The notes: generated by a model not told the origin, from the sequence alone. A stretch of 49,237 bases of DNA from Octopus bimaculoides (GCF_001194135.2 NC_068987.1:6127309-6176545); one strand, 5' to 3'; counted from the stretch's first letter, positions 1-14,185 are shown. Translations and numbers: made by a program.

Positions 1-45
<45 letters not shown>

Positions 46-69
46 GTCTATATGTATCGTTGTAATGTA

Positions 70-702
70 GAGATGGCGGCATAACTTTGAAGAATGCCGT
101 TTATAGAATTACAAATGTTTGGGATTAAGTAAATGAAGACGCTCTTGCATAAACTTGGAACAATCTCTCGTCTAAGAAATTAGGTTCAGTCATGATAAGG
201 AGGTAAGTGAAGAGTCCAAGGACTCTACTTGTCAAGTTGGAGAAAGATTAGATGAAGTTTAGTTATATTCGCGGAAATATCTCCCTCAAAATCCATCTGT
301 AAGCTAGAGGATATGGATAGCAAAGATTTTAACATCAACAATGGCGCTTGAGTTGTTCATTCTTTGACAGAAGTTATTCTCAATGAATATGGTGCTTATA
401 ATAACGATGATGTTGAAGAGGACTTGGTTAACGAAGTGGAGTATGCGCCCGTACAATATGTCGGAAATGTTTGGGAACTTAGAGCAGGACCAGAGGGACA
501 TGCATTCTATACAGAAGAAGAAATCGCAACAATGCATGAAAGAAAAGAGAAATGGAAAGTCTTTGCTAAAAAATACATTTAAAGGGGTCTTTGAATATAG
601 AATTTAGTCCTTCTTGAGGTGCTGATAATGTGATAAACTTGGGTCCCATCACTTCATCGCAGTTTTACACCATCCCCTAATCCGAGATTATCTAAAGCAC
701 TG
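70..702 (+). mobile_element. Decayed pogo/Tigger DNA transposon, 3' part of transposase plus probable right end
   Basis: Translation ITLKNAVYRITNVWD*VNEDALA*TWNNL resembles the DDE_1 C-terminal motif (xLKDAIYxxxxAWxxVxxxTxxxxWxKL). It is followed by an acidic tail ORF (364-582) and a pogo-like terminus ...GATTATCTAAAGCACTG; several stops. Confidence 0.65.
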
Positions 703-2067
703 AATATGGTAATTCTGATTCTCCAAAATGGTTGCTCTTGTTACATGTAGAGGCTTTTGTGCTGTTTTGTTTCGTAATGTGGTTCCTTTCTCTTCGCACT
801 TCTCTCCCTCTCCAGGCATCCACTTTTAAGAATTCAAGAACAACCACTGTAGCTGAGATACTTCGCTAATTGGGAAGGCTCACGAAAGCTATGAGCAGTT
901 TCTCTTCCTTCCTCCGGGCGATTATAAAAATACGTGTGAGATAAGACCTAAAGATAAAGAGAAGTGTAAAGATATGGAGTGGATAGACAGGGGAAAGCGG
1001 ATGAATAATGATTGGTGTGTCGTGGAGTGAGGTGCGCACCGATTGTAGAGACCACAGAATATTTGTGAAAAGAAAATACAAGGAGAAACTAAGAGTAAAA
1101 ATAAAAATACTTTTAAACCTAATCAAAAGTTACAAGAAATAATGATGTAGAACTGATACAATCTCATGTTTCAGTTGCTCTACTGCGTACTTAACTTTGA
1201 ATATTTATGTAATCGAAAGATCAAATATACGATCGAATACGTATGCGTGTAAAGAGACAGTTACTTTAATGATGTTATTTGTTTCACACACAAAATGTGT
1301 TAAATCACATAGCAAGCACATGAACGGTAACAGCAGTGATTTGGCACTATCTCTAACTTCAATTACAGTCATAAACATAACTTATTTCAAATAGCAAATG
1401 GCAAATTCTATTTGACACATATTGACATCGTTGTAAAAATAGATATGTGCAAAGGTTATAATGTAGGAAAGAAAATGAAACTATAAAACAGATGTATACG
1501 AATATCTGTTCTTCATATTTTAGCCCAAATGATGCGGAATGGCAACCGTAGTATGGTCATTACTGTTCATTTTCAGTTTGTCAACATACGAGTATTCCTT
1601 TCTGTCGGCAATGCGCTTATAGCCATAATTTCCATTTCAATTATGTTAAAAGATGAGAAAAGCAACATCCGTAATGAACGTAGTAGGTTGCATTCAATAC
1701 AAGAAGCAGCCAAAAGTAAAATAAACAGTCAGAGATAAAAGATATACAGAAGTTTATTATAACTTCATTGCAAACCGAATGATTTATAGTTGTTACGCTT
1801 CGTTGGATTTTGCTTCCATGCATGCTGCTAATCTCTTGAATAAAGCTTGGAGATAAAAAAAAAAAAGACACTCGTTATTGTTGTTGGAACCAATGAACGA
1901 TGAAACTTATGTAAATATTTGAAGAAAATGATTAANNNNNNNNNNNNNNNNNNNNNNNNNNNNNNNNNNNNNNNNNNNNNNNNNNNNNNNNNNNNNNNNN
2001 NNNNNNNNNNNNNNNNNNNNNNNNNNNNNNNNNNNNNNNNNNNNAAATGTATGTATGTGTGCAGATA

Positions 2068-2137
2068 CTCATATAGGCACAGATACTCATATAGGCGCAG
2101 ATACTCATATAGGCGCAGATACTCATCTAGGCACAGG
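2068..2137 (+). repeat. 18-bp tandem repeat (GCAGATACTCATATAGGC) x about 4 running into a SINE head
   Basis: Direct reading of the sequence. Confidence 0.9.
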
Positions 2138-2280
2138 TATGGCTGCGTGGTAAGAAGCTGGCTTCTCAACTACATGGTTTCTGATTCACTCCCACCACGG
2201 GGCAACTTGGACAAGTTTCTTCACCCCTTGGCCGATTAAAGCATTGTGAATAAATTTGGTACATGGAAACTGAAAGACAT
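2129..2280 (+). mobile_element. tRNA-derived SINE family A, 5' half, diverged
   Basis: Head GGCTGCGTGGTAAGAAGC, plus GGAAACTGAAAG motif shared with other copies in the window. Confidence 0.8.
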
Positions 2281-2288
2281 CTCTTGCA

Positions 2289-2350
<62 letters not shown>

Positions 2351-3759
2351 CCTATCTATCTACCTGTCTGTCTGTTTGTCAGTCCGTCGGTCCGTCCCTA
2401 TGCTACTGTAAACGATGCTACCATGAAAACGATACTGGGCGTTGATGAACACAGTGTTTTCTGGAGGACGTAATGACAACTTCCGTCGTAAGTCCTTGGA
2501 TTGGCGGTTCTATAGGGTGACCTTATTTGTTCAAGGCAAGCTTCAAAGTAACAGAAGTGCAAACAGCTGGATCTACCCAAGACGAGCAAAAGCTGAAAAG
2601 ACTGTTCTGCACGCTAGAGTTCAGTATCCTTGCATTATATTTTTGTGGGTTTGTGTCGAACAGCTTCGGTCGGATGTAAAAAGAATCTTGTTAGCAGCCG
2701 AGTGGATAGTGAAAATCGAGATATCACCTTCCTTTGGTAAGGAAGAGCAGGTATGCTAAAAGAAGCTCAGTGGTTGACTCACCTGAAAGTTTTGTAGATG
2801 GACAATTTCCAAAATGGCTAATTTCTCATCAACTTCTTCAAATACCACTGCAAAGTGATCGAGGTTCCCTTTGAAGATATAATTCGAACGTATAAGGAAA
2901 TAAATAGGAATAGTTGTTTTTCACTAGAAGAAACACTCCCCATTTCTAGAAGAAGGTTAATGGACGTTTGTAACCTCTATAATTGTCTTAATGAAGTTGC
3001 TAATGAAATTATCAAGATAGGAAACTAGCATAAAACCGAAAACAACTTGTAAACGCGATAGCTTACGGTTTGCTTTGCAGTGCCTCGTACAAGCGGTATT
3101 CATGATATTCAATAGCATGTTTATATATCTATTGAATATCCTTTGTTCTAACTATAATGAAATTGGATACGAAAGGGTGTGCGTGCATGCTTTTATGTGT
3201 GATTGCGTACCAGGAATTCTCTATGTGCAATGTCAGCCATATTGACTTATATTCATTTCAAAACAATGAAAACATAAAGCAGCATTTCATATAACAAAAA
3301 TAATAAGTGAGATATAGATGGATTTTTCAAGAATATAATATAATAATATTCCATCTATATTCACATAGTCAATGTTTTCTTTATCCTTTATCATCATCGG
3401 ATTTCATGATATAATTTATTTTTTTTTGCGTTCTCTCATAATTGTCAAAATCCCGAGATGCTTGCATGATTGATACATTTTGTAAATTTGTGTTAGTCGT
3501 AGAATCTCTAGATAGTTCTAAAGCATTTACTTCTGGTTGGTCTGGAGAATTTCGCGTGATATATGTTGTTTTTTTTTTTTCATTTTTTTAATAGGATGTG
3601 ATTGTTATGACAGAACATCTACATTAATCCGACAGACCAACATGTGTCCATGGAATCATCTCGTGATAATTAAATGCGTAAATATGTGTTGAATGAGAAA
3701 AATATGCGAAGACAGTAGGTGTGTGAAAAAACAAGAACAATACGAAACGACACACTGCC

Positions 3760-3833
<74 letters not shown>

Positions 3834-4016
3834 NNNNNNNNNNNNNNNNNNNNNNNNNNNNNNNNNNNNNNNNNNNNNNNNNNNNNNNNNNNNNNNNNNN
3901 NNNNNNNNNNNNNNNNNNNNNNNNNNNNNNNNNNNNNNNNNNNNNNNNNNNNNNNNNNNNNNNNNNNNNNNNNNNNNNNNTATACATGTATATAAATATA
4001 TCTATATATACATATG

Positions 4017-4047
<31 letters not shown>

Positions 4048-4056
4048 TTATATATG

Positions 4057-4096
<40 letters not shown>

Positions 4097-4422
4097 CATA
4101 TATATGTACATGCATATATGTGTGTTTATGTATGTATCTTCGCTTCCATTCTCTCATTGTGCTATTGATATTTCAATGAGTTTCTATTGATAAAAGTAAA
4201 TATAATTTACCAGGTATTTATATAGAGAAGATATACACGAATATGTTATTTACTATATATGTATGCCCTGTGTATATGTATGTATGTGTGTTCTTGTGTG
4301 GTTGTGTGTGAATGTATGTGTGTACGTGTATGTGTGTGAGTGTGGATGTGTGTTGTGGGTTTGAATATTAACACTTCGTCGAAGGATGCACAATAAAATG
4401 AGTCTTCAATAAATATAAATAT

Positions 4423-4556
4423 AGACGCAGGAGTGGCTGTGTGGTAAGAAGCTTGTTTCCCTACCACATGTTTCCGGGTTCAATTCAATTCCGCTGACCA
4501 ATGCCTTTTGAGTGGATTTGGTAGACGTAAACTGAAAGGAGCCTGTCGTATATATA

Positions 4557-4587
<31 letters not shown>

Positions 4588-4625
4588 TTGTCTGTCTGTG
4601 TTTGTCCCCCAACATCGCTTGACAG
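4423..4625 (+). mobile_element. SINE family A, internally deleted
   Basis: GCAGGAGTGGCTGTGTGGTAAGAAGC head, GTGGATTTGGTAGACG, internal TA/TG repeat, then TTTGTCCCCCAACATCGCTTGACA. Confidence 0.85.
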
Positions 4626-5639
4626 TAAAAGCTGACCACATTCGGAATCGAACTTGAGACATACAATGTTGAAACTAAATGAAGTGCGGTATTTAATCTT
4701 TCCAATATTTCTGCAAATTTCACTTAATTACTTGATACCAAAGTTTCAGATGTAGTAAATTTTGACAAGAGCTTTTGAAAATATTGAATATGTCAATGGA
4801 ATATTCCAAAGACTATACAGTTTTTTTCTATAATTGAATTTCTGAACATTCTGTTATTTTCATTTCTATATATTAGATTTTCTTTGCACATTGCATCTGT
4901 GAACTTTTCTCTTCAGATCAAAACTGTGGCTGCCACATTATTATATAATATAATGTAACGGAATAGAAGTAATGACAGCGCATTTCCGGTAAATCTTATT
5001 TGCAAATTCCATTCTAAAGACAGGAAGATGCGAAAGCAACCATTTCAAAGTGACATTTAGAACAGTCTTGTTCTTGTAATTGTTTGTTTTTTTAATAAAA
5101 ATTACATCTGCTTCTATCCATAGAAGTTAAATTTATAATTACTATAAATTCATACACCCATGTATTCGTGCATCTGATGTAAGCGTGTTTCAAATACTTC
5201 GTACCGTATTGTCTAGAAGCAAATTAAAAATTAAATGAAGCAGATTAAATCATATAAACAAATACACAGATTTATTCGATGTAACGAGTGAGCCTCTTGG
5301 CGGTTAGACGAACTGCTAAAACGTCAGCCAAATATCCCTCATCGAGGTTACATAGGATAATGTGATCCTATCTACATTATTTCAAGAAAAAGAAACAGAA
5401 ATGATTAAAGATGTTACCTCTTTGATCATACGTCTGCTCAGTTAGAACTGCTCTGGGCTGAAAAACAACAGAAGCCAGAAATTTCTTGGTCATTTGTGTG
5501 AAGACCTGAAGCATGATTTCGGAATAATAACCTGCTGGTTTCTGCTCTGAAGGAAAATTTATTTAAACAGAACACTTATATGCAAGTTCAACCGCTAGCT
5601 AAACCCTTTGCTAATACTAGCAGCTAATCTCTCGATTTG

Positions 5640-5935
5640 TAACCACGTTCAGTTCCACTGCACGGCAACTTGGACAACTATCTTCTCCGGATTAACAAAT
5701 GTTTTGTGAGTGACTTCGGTACACAGAAATTGTATGGAGGACTATTTCATATAAATATATATCTATGTGTATGTCTTCGTATCTGTGTTTGATCCCTTAA
5801 CTTTTACCACTTGCCAACAAGAGTTGGTTTGTTTGCGACGTCGTAACCTAGTGGTTCGGCAAAAGAACTGATAGAATAAATAACCGACTTAAAAATAAGT
5901 GCTGTAGACTATCTGTTCGTCTAAACCCTTCAAAG
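5640..5935 (+). mobile_element. SINE family A, diverged
   Basis: GTTCAGTTCCACTGC and GTAACCTAGTGGTTCGGCAAAAG motifs shared with intact copies. Confidence 0.7.
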
Positions 5936-6006
5936 CCGTAAATGAACGCTCGAAACAAGGCAGACACTCGGCAAGAAATGGAAACAAAATACAAAGAAGA
6001 AAATAC

Positions 6007-6394
<388 letters not shown>

Positions 6395-7278
6395 AATCAC
6401 TCTGAGCTAATATTGAAATTGAAGTATGTTTTTGATTTTTTATTTATCCAGTCCGTCGTTGCTGCTTTTTCTACGACTTACCATGACCTCTTTTCTATGA
6501 ATAACGTCTACCTGCTTTGTCTCCTCTCGATCTTATAATAGTTATAGATTTCTAATACATTGGCAAATGTATTCATAAAGGAACAAAGCCGAAACTGATG
6601 TTACTAGCTAAAAGTTCAACGCAAAAACGATATATTGCATAGCAAGCGAAATGGACAACCTCTTTTCTGTTTAAATATCAACAAATTATGCCACGCTTCA
6701 ATTTGATACGCCTTGTTACTATTCTGTCAATGATAAGTATAGCTGAAGACGTTTATTGCGTGAATATAGGAAAATTGACAGAAGACATCGTGCATCTGTC
6801 CATCTCATTTGCCTGAGGATAAATCAATATCTTGATTCACTGCTTTCTACAGCAGAGAGAAACGGTCTTTCTCGCTTCTTTTTTCCACGAATATTCTCGT
6901 AAGACGGAGAATAGTACACAAGCTGACTGAGAGCAAAAACTAAGGGTACGTGTCCGTGCCCGTGTGCTCGTGTGAATGTGGATCCGTTTGATTTGGGGCC
7001 ACCAGGGGTGGGATTTGCTTCGCTTGTTACGTATGTTGCCACCACACGTTTCTGGATTGGCAGAACTGTAAAGTGCAGAATTAAATGTTCTGCCTTAATT
7101 TATATCTGTCCAACTAGATTCTGGCCTTCGATTCCCACATTACTGATAAGATACTTATAACAATTCAAGCGACCAGCTCTGTGGTCTTTATTTGTGAATT
7201 ACTTCGTGTGCAAATATCTGTAGAATACGCAATCGTATATTTTCACAGGCCCATTTAAAGAACAGTAGGCCGTCTATT

Positions 7279-7327
<49 letters not shown>

Positions 7328-8829
7328 CATATATATACATATATATACATACCGAATTGCTTCATCATTTATTTGCTTCCAATGTATTTCATAAATATGT
7401 CTCTCGTCGCTATATGTTCCAAGTAAGTGAATATGTGGCCCATACTTATGCCATACGAATCAGTTTGAATATGTTTGAGATACTTGGCCTGTAAAATGGA
7501 CATTTTTCTCTACGGTCTGCCGTAGAATAAATTCTAGCTTTAAAACCCTCTTTTAATGCATTTCAAGCAATTGGCAATCGTCAGAACCGTATACTAGGAA
7601 AGATAACCATGAAGTTACTTTGAAAGTGTAAGCTATGGCTTCGCAGAAAATACCTAGAAATGAATGTTGGCCATTTATCACCTATTGCCTACAAAGAGAA
7701 TTTTCCACCGACAAACTGCAGTGAAAATAGCCCTTTTACAATTTCAATATGTCCCAAACATTATTTGAATTTATTCAAAAGTTTATTAAAAGTTACAACA
7801 TGTCTGCTACATGTTTATTACGGGTATTTTTTTATTAGATACGTGTGTCGGTATTTTTGTTCGTGTGTTCGTTCGTTTGTCCGTGTGAATGTGGATTTGT
7901 GATAAGAACGCCAACCATTTTATAATAAATGATTTTTAAGCAAGAATAAAATTAAATATCGAATAGAAATCATTTTATAAATATCTTTTAATTGAAATAC
8001 AAATATTCAATGCAGAAGTTATTTTTTGAAACTAATTTAAATGGACAGAAACATGTTTAATTCCTGCAACCATTTCCAAACAAAATGTGTATGTATATGT
8101 ATATCTTCTGTGCCTTTCAATAAATGCGCGACTATAATTGTGTTTTGCACGTGTCTGCGTGTACCTGCAACTCTGCGTGTTTGCGTGCATGTACGTGCGC
8201 TTGTGTATGAACACACATGCATGTATGTTTGTGCTTGCGTTTTTTGATTGTGATAGCATGTGATTTTATTAGAAATTCATAAAGTTTTGTGAGCTTAATA
8301 GAAGCTGTGATTAATAATTTGCAAGAATTACGTTATGGAAACTTGAAGCCATACCGAAAGCTAGAAAAATTTGTCTCATAAATATAACTAAATATTGTTC
8401 AATTTTAATTATTATGCCGTTTTCTTCTAAATTCGCTTAAATCGATCGCATAACTCTGTGCTTTCATTCTCATGAGTGCGTGTTCATGTATTTATAAGAC
8501 GTGTGTGAATTTTCGTTATTATTTTATATGTTTATATTGTGTATTTTTTAAAATTATTTTTAACTAAACGGGTTATAATTTTTCGTTATGTTTATTATTA
8601 GATTTTTAGTTCTTTTATTATTTAAATTATAATTTCAGCACAGCTTTCTTTAAATAGATTGGAATTATTTGGAATCTTACTGTGGCATTACGTCAGCAAT
8701 GGATTTACTGTGGTAAAACTTCCGAAGTTGGTGACCCTGAATGCAGTGTTTTAAGACTATTCTTCCCGATACAATTCTATATTTAAAAGATGAGGAATTA
8801 TGTACATTATTTACATTAATTACATTTGA

Positions 8830-8955
8830 TGGATATTTGTCCTCATCTTGTTTTTTGTTTAACACAACGTTTCGGCTGATATACTTTCCAGCCTTCATCA
8901 GGTGTCTTGGGGAAATTTCGAACCTGGGTTCTCATTCCCAAGGTATTTTTCGATT
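8830..8955 (-). mobile_element. Penelope-like element terminal fragment
   Basis: Carries the CTGATGAAG...CCGAAACG signature typical of Penelope-like element termini; no RT or GIY-YIG ORF nearby. Confidence 0.55.
8861..8906 (-). ncRNA. Minimal type I hammerhead ribozyme motif
   Basis: Minus-strand RNA GACAC-CUGAUGA-A-GGCUG-gaaaguauau-CAGCC-GAAA-CG-UU-GUGUU: catalytic core, 5-bp stem II, stem I ACAC/GUGU, palindromic AACGUU in place of stem III, GUU cleavage triplet. Confidence 0.65.
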
Positions 8956-9014
8956 GTCAAGCAAAGGTGGGATGACATACACAGACATACAAACACACAA
9001 ACACACACACATCC

Positions 9015-9050
<36 letters not shown>

Positions 9051-9130
9051 NNNNNNNNNNNNNNNNNNNNNNNNNNNNNNNNNNNNNNNNNNNNNNNNNN
9101 NNNNNNNNNNNNNNNNNGTGGTTGGTAACC

Positions 9131-9207
<77 letters not shown>

Positions 9208-9224
9208 CGTGCGTGCGCGCACGT

Positions 9225-9425
9225 GTGTTTGTCCCCACCATCACTTGACAAGCGGCTTTGTTTTTTTTCCTCCTGTAATTTAGATGCTTTGCACAACAGA
9301 CCGATAGAATAAATACCATTCTTAAAAGGAATATCAGGCTTGATTTGTCTGACTAAAACCCTTTCAAGGGGGTGCACCATCATGGCTGCAGTCCAATGAT
9401 GGAACCAAGTAAGAAGTAATGAGTA
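9225..9425 (+). mobile_element. SINE family A, 3' half
   Basis: TTTGTCCCCACCATCACTTGACAA...GATAGAATAA...CATGGCTGCAGTCCAATGA, after a (TG)n tract. Confidence 0.75.
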
Positions 9426-9778
9426 AAAGATATTTTCTCCAATTCGGCCCCTAAATAACATTTCTTAATTTGTAAAAACATACCGAAATATTCACCCAAT
9501 TTCCATTCAAGAAATTTGATGGGAAACCTCTTGACGAGTTAGCGAGCATTGTCTTCAAGCAATTCCCATCTTATATTGATCAGTTTCAATATAAAGTAAT
9601 TACTTTCTGCCAACGAACACTGTTTATCTATTTTCGTGTGGGATATTCCAAACAGGGTTTCGGAATAGATATCCAATTACCTCGCTTTTGTTATATGTGT
9701 GTAGGTGACGAGATAAAATACCTGGAGCAGAATAACAACAAACATACGAAACATACCAGTAATGGAAACATAGGAGCA

Positions 9779-9847
<69 letters not shown>

Positions 9848-10804
9848 AGTCATCGCAAACCAGAAGTAATGTTAATGAATATGAAATCTTGAAGAACATA
9901 AGTCTATAAAAATATAATGACAGTGACAAAATGAAAAGCTATCAGAAAATATAATATGGAATATTTATGAAGAAAGCGCCGAATAGCAGAAATAGTAGAA
10001 AACCTATGTGTTATGGAAAAGGATAGAAATTCAGATCAACAATTACGTATGAAAAATAACGATAACAAAGATATTGAAGTGCTAGTTTTAAAATATTTAA
10101 TTAGTCTTATTTCGAGTTGATATTCCCTTTACGAAGGCACGGAGGAGACCAAGAGAACATGATTTAGATGATGGGTCCATTAAGATAACTTGTCGGATCA
10201 TTGCGCATGATATTTTAAACGCCGTATATGTTACGATGTAGAATTTAGGACTGGGGATTTCATTTCATGGGTCTTCACTGCCAAAGTCGGGTGATATACG
10301 TGTGGAGAAGTATTGTAATGCTCAGGCACTGTAAGACGCGCTTATTTATAGTAGCCACTGGCAATTATTTAATTCTTGCCGTTGTTCATTGTTATTGCTT
10401 TATTATACCTTTTATTAAACGCTTTTTTGTGTGCTGGCTGTATCCGTTGTTTACAGACATGGTCTGTTACGTCAATGATGATATCATTGATTGACTTTAT
10501 ATTCCTGTATTTTACTAAGCATTTTAGAAAGATGATGCGCATGTAATGACCAAATTGTGCTTCTGATATACAGTAACATTCTTTATATTTGTCCCCACAT
10601 CTCTTACACCATACAACGTAAGAACACTGGCACATATCCATGCTGCGTATCAAGAAGACGGCCAGTGTACATGGGTTTTTTTGTCACAGAAGGGCAGTTT
10701 CTATGATAGACGTTTCTATAGAAGGAAATGTCCTGAGCCGGTCAGCTCTATATCTATGTTGTTGAGAGAGATGTTAGATACAGATATTAGCTGTAAGGCG
10801 GTTA

Positions 10805-10865
<61 letters not shown>

Positions 10866-11293
10866 ATTAGGCTTTTCATATCGAGTTTTGATTTGTGTTA
10901 GAAACCTTGTCTCAAAATAAATTTTGAATCGAAGCGGAAAAGCTTGAATTCTGTGGAAAAGAGAGGACCGGTCAGATGTGTGACAAAAGGCTGGAAGTTG
11001 ATGACGAGTTGTGGTGTCACCGTTGATGGACTTAATGGCAGTAGCAACGCTGCTGCATCTGTCAGAGTTGATGTTTATGATTAGAATTGCTGTAATAAGG
11101 ATGTTTTGGTTTAAGTTATTTCTTCTTGTGATCGACACCAACGTTGTAGCATCGCTCTATAGCTACACTTGTTTCTCAAAGATAAAAGACCAGGAATAAT
11201 ATTCTTTGTGATGTGCATTCTAGTATTTTGTGAACGGCGTGGTGAAGTTGATGTCGAAGGATTGTTTTTTTTTATCTATAAGTTCTATATAAT

Positions 11294-11457
11294 AGGCGTA
11301 CGCGTGGCTGTGTGGTAAAAAGCTTGCTTATCAATCATATGGTTCCGGGTTCAGTTCCACTGCTTCACACCTTGGTCAAGTGCTTGCTACTATAGCCTCG
11401 GGCCGACCAAAGCCTTGTGAGTGTATTTGGTAGACGGAAACTGAAAGAAAGCCCGTC

Positions 11458-11489
<32 letters not shown>

Positions 11490-11822
11490 NNNNNNNNNNN
11501 NNNNNNNNNNNNNNNNNNNNNNNNNNNNNNNNNNNNNNNNNNNNNNNNNNNNNNNNNNNNNNNNNNNNNNNNNNNNNNNNNNNNNNNNNNNNNNNNNNNN
11601 NNNNNNNNNNNNNNNNNNNNNNNNNNNNNNNNNNNNNNNNNNNNNNNNNNNNNNNNNNNNNNNNNNNNNNNNNNNNNNNNNNNNNNNNNNNNNNNNNNNN
11701 NNNNNNNNNNNNNNNNNNNNNNNNNNNNNNTGTGTGTGTGTCTGTGTCTGTCTGTGTATGTATGTATGTATGTATGTATGTGTTTGTGTGTCTATGTTTG
11801 TCCCCCCAACATCGTTTGACAA
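11294..11822 (+). mobile_element. SINE family A with an assembly gap in its internal microsatellite
   Basis: Near-consensus 5' half 11294-11460, (TA)n, N gap, (TG)n, then start of the 3' half. Confidence 0.9.
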
Positions 11823-12673
11823 TTAAATAAGCTATATCACATTGTCTCAGTGTCCTATTTATAGGACACCGAGTATTTCCATTTCTACTTGAAGTAAAGG
11901 AGTTTTAATATTTTTTTTTTCATTTTAACCTATTTTCAATCATCTGTAAAAGTTTTAAAATAATATTCAGGAAATTAAGTACTCTGGGACTTAATGGGAT
12001 AAAGCAACAAACTCTCAGAATTGTTACCACAACGGAAAATATTGTTTAGCAGCAACATTTCTAACTTTACGTTCTGGACTTAGTGGCTTTGGGCCAAAAT
12101 TTGAAGCCAATATGGAGGTACATAAAACACGACATGCATGTAATATGCAGTTAGGCACGAATTAGATTTGATATATGCACCAACTGTTTAGATTTTATTA
12201 GCAATGCGTTAGTGATATCTTTATTCGAATTTTCATTTAGTGTATTATCATTCATGTGTTGTTATTGATTCGGAAGATACAGCAAATGTTCTATCAATGT
12301 GATTGTGTTTGTATTTGTGTAGAATTAACTGTCTGTATGAGGTTGTGTAGGATCTACGATGTATATGTGTGTGTCTGTGTGTCTGTGTCAGTATATATAT
12401 GTTTGGATATAGGTGATTAAGTATCTGTATGTATATGTATGCCGTTACAGGTCTTTATGCTGTTCCATATGCACATACAAATATGTTTCCTTTCAAAATT
12501 ATTAAATTATAGCTATGGCCACGCTGAAGAAACGAAGTCTCTTTGTTAGTTTCTTAGTTTTTTTTCTTTTTGTTCTTTTTTTTTCAATAACTTATCAATT
12601 CTTCAACTTTCATTCCTTTCTTCTTCCAACGTTTATTTGTTCTGTCGCCTTTCTCTCCTTTTCTTTAACCCTC

Positions 12674-12674
<1 letters not shown>

Positions 12675-12754
<80 letters not shown>
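12675..12754. repeat. (CT)n microsatellite
   Basis: Direct reading. Confidence 0.95.
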
Positions 12755-12759
<5 letters not shown>

Positions 12760-13325
12760 GTCTCTTTTTCTTTCTCTCTAACACACACCAGTCTAACAAA
12801 CAACTGTATTACTTTTATTTTTCCGTAATAGCATCATTTCACATTTCATTTTATTTTTATTTGTAATTTCAACTTACTTTCCTGCCGCCAAAATATAAAT
12901 GATTTATCAGCATCCGCTGTAACAAATAAAAATAGATAAATGAATTTAACAAGAAAATTATAAGGAAGCGAATACGTAAGACATAAAAGCCTTTCTCTCT
13001 ATGAAATTCAACGAATGAAACAAACAGCAGATAATTCTCTTCCTTGCTACTTTTGAACTTCGCTAGAAATAGCTCTATACACATAGCCAGACAAGTGATT
13101 TAGAGCTTTTGAAGGGAGAAGAAAAAAAAGAAATCAATCAATTTATTGGAAACTGTTTTCAAAATGCATTTATTTTTAGAAAATGATAAATAAGTACATA
13201 AGTAAATAACGTTTGTGCGGCTTACTCGCAAACATCAACGCCATACTTGTTAATTAAATATATTTCATTCTGTGAACGTCAACCTGATAAACAACAACGT
13301 ATAGATGTTGGTTGGGTTGGATATA

Positions 13326-13700
13326 AGCGCAGGCGTGGCTGGGCATTAAGAAGTTTGTTTCCACAACCACATGGTTTAAGGTTCAATCCCACTGTCTGGT
13401 CCCCTTCGGTAGTGTCTTCTACTATAATCCTGGGCTGGCCAATACCGTGTGAGAGAATCTGGGAGACGGAAACTGTGTGGAATCCAGTGATATATATCTA
13501 TTCTTTACTTGTTTCAGTCATTTGATTGCGGCCATGCTGGAGCACCACCTTAAAGGGTTTTAGTCGAAGAAATCTACCCCAGAACTTATTCCTTGTAAGC
13601 CTAACACTTGTTATATCTGTCTCTTTTGCCCAACCGCTTTGTTACGGGGACATAAACACACAGTATCGGTTGTGAAGAGATGGCTAGGGGACAAACACAC
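13326..13700. mobile_element. SINE family A: 5' half on + (13326-13490) abutting a 3' half on - (13500-13700)
   Basis: Head GCAGGCGTGGCTGGG, then reverse-complement tail TTTCAGTCATTTGATTGCGGCCATGCTGGAGCACC. Confidence 0.8.
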
Positions 13701-13740
13701 ACACACACATAAATATACACACACACACACATACATACAT

Positions 13741-13777
<37 letters not shown>

Positions 13778-13781
13778 TATA

Positions 13782-13847
<66 letters not shown>

Positions 13848-14069
13848 TATTAATAGAAACAACAGGCTGCAATGTTTCACCAAAAAGAAGAATTATAATT
13901 ATGTGACTAAATGTGACTAGGGTATTAGGAAGCACTTGCATTGCTAGAAATAGAAGCTACAATGCTCTCATACTGTAGTTATTTAAAGTGGATTGATTCG
14001 GTTCCCTGCGGCTTAATGTTTCCTAGGCTTCTGACAGAAACTTAGCTCGTCAGTCTGACATGCTGCCGT

Positions 14070-14185
14070 ACAGTTTCCGTCTAACAAACTCGCTCACAAG
14101 GCATTGGTCTACCAGGAATTATAGTAAAAGACACTTGTCCTTGGTGCCGCTCAGTGGAACTGAACCCGGTAACACGTGCTGGCAA
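14070..14185 (-). mobile_element. SINE family A, 5' half
   Basis: CAGTTTCCGTCTA...CTCACAAGGC...GACACTTG...CAGTGGAACTGAACCCGG is the reverse complement of the family A 5' half. Confidence 0.75.

Noticed and set aside
9476-9780. About 100-codon open frame on + (KFDGKPLDELASIVFKQFPSY...)
   Set aside because: No recognisable homology and weak splice signals; an occasional stop-free run of this length can occur by chance in six frames of 49 kb.
10716-11141. 141-aa minus-strand ORF
   Set aside because: Spans an (AAAG)n microsatellite, has no ATG start and no recognisable domain.
11294-11380. tRNA-like A and B boxes considered as tRNA genes
   Set aside because: They are SINE heads, continuous with SINE bodies, with no complete cloverleaf.
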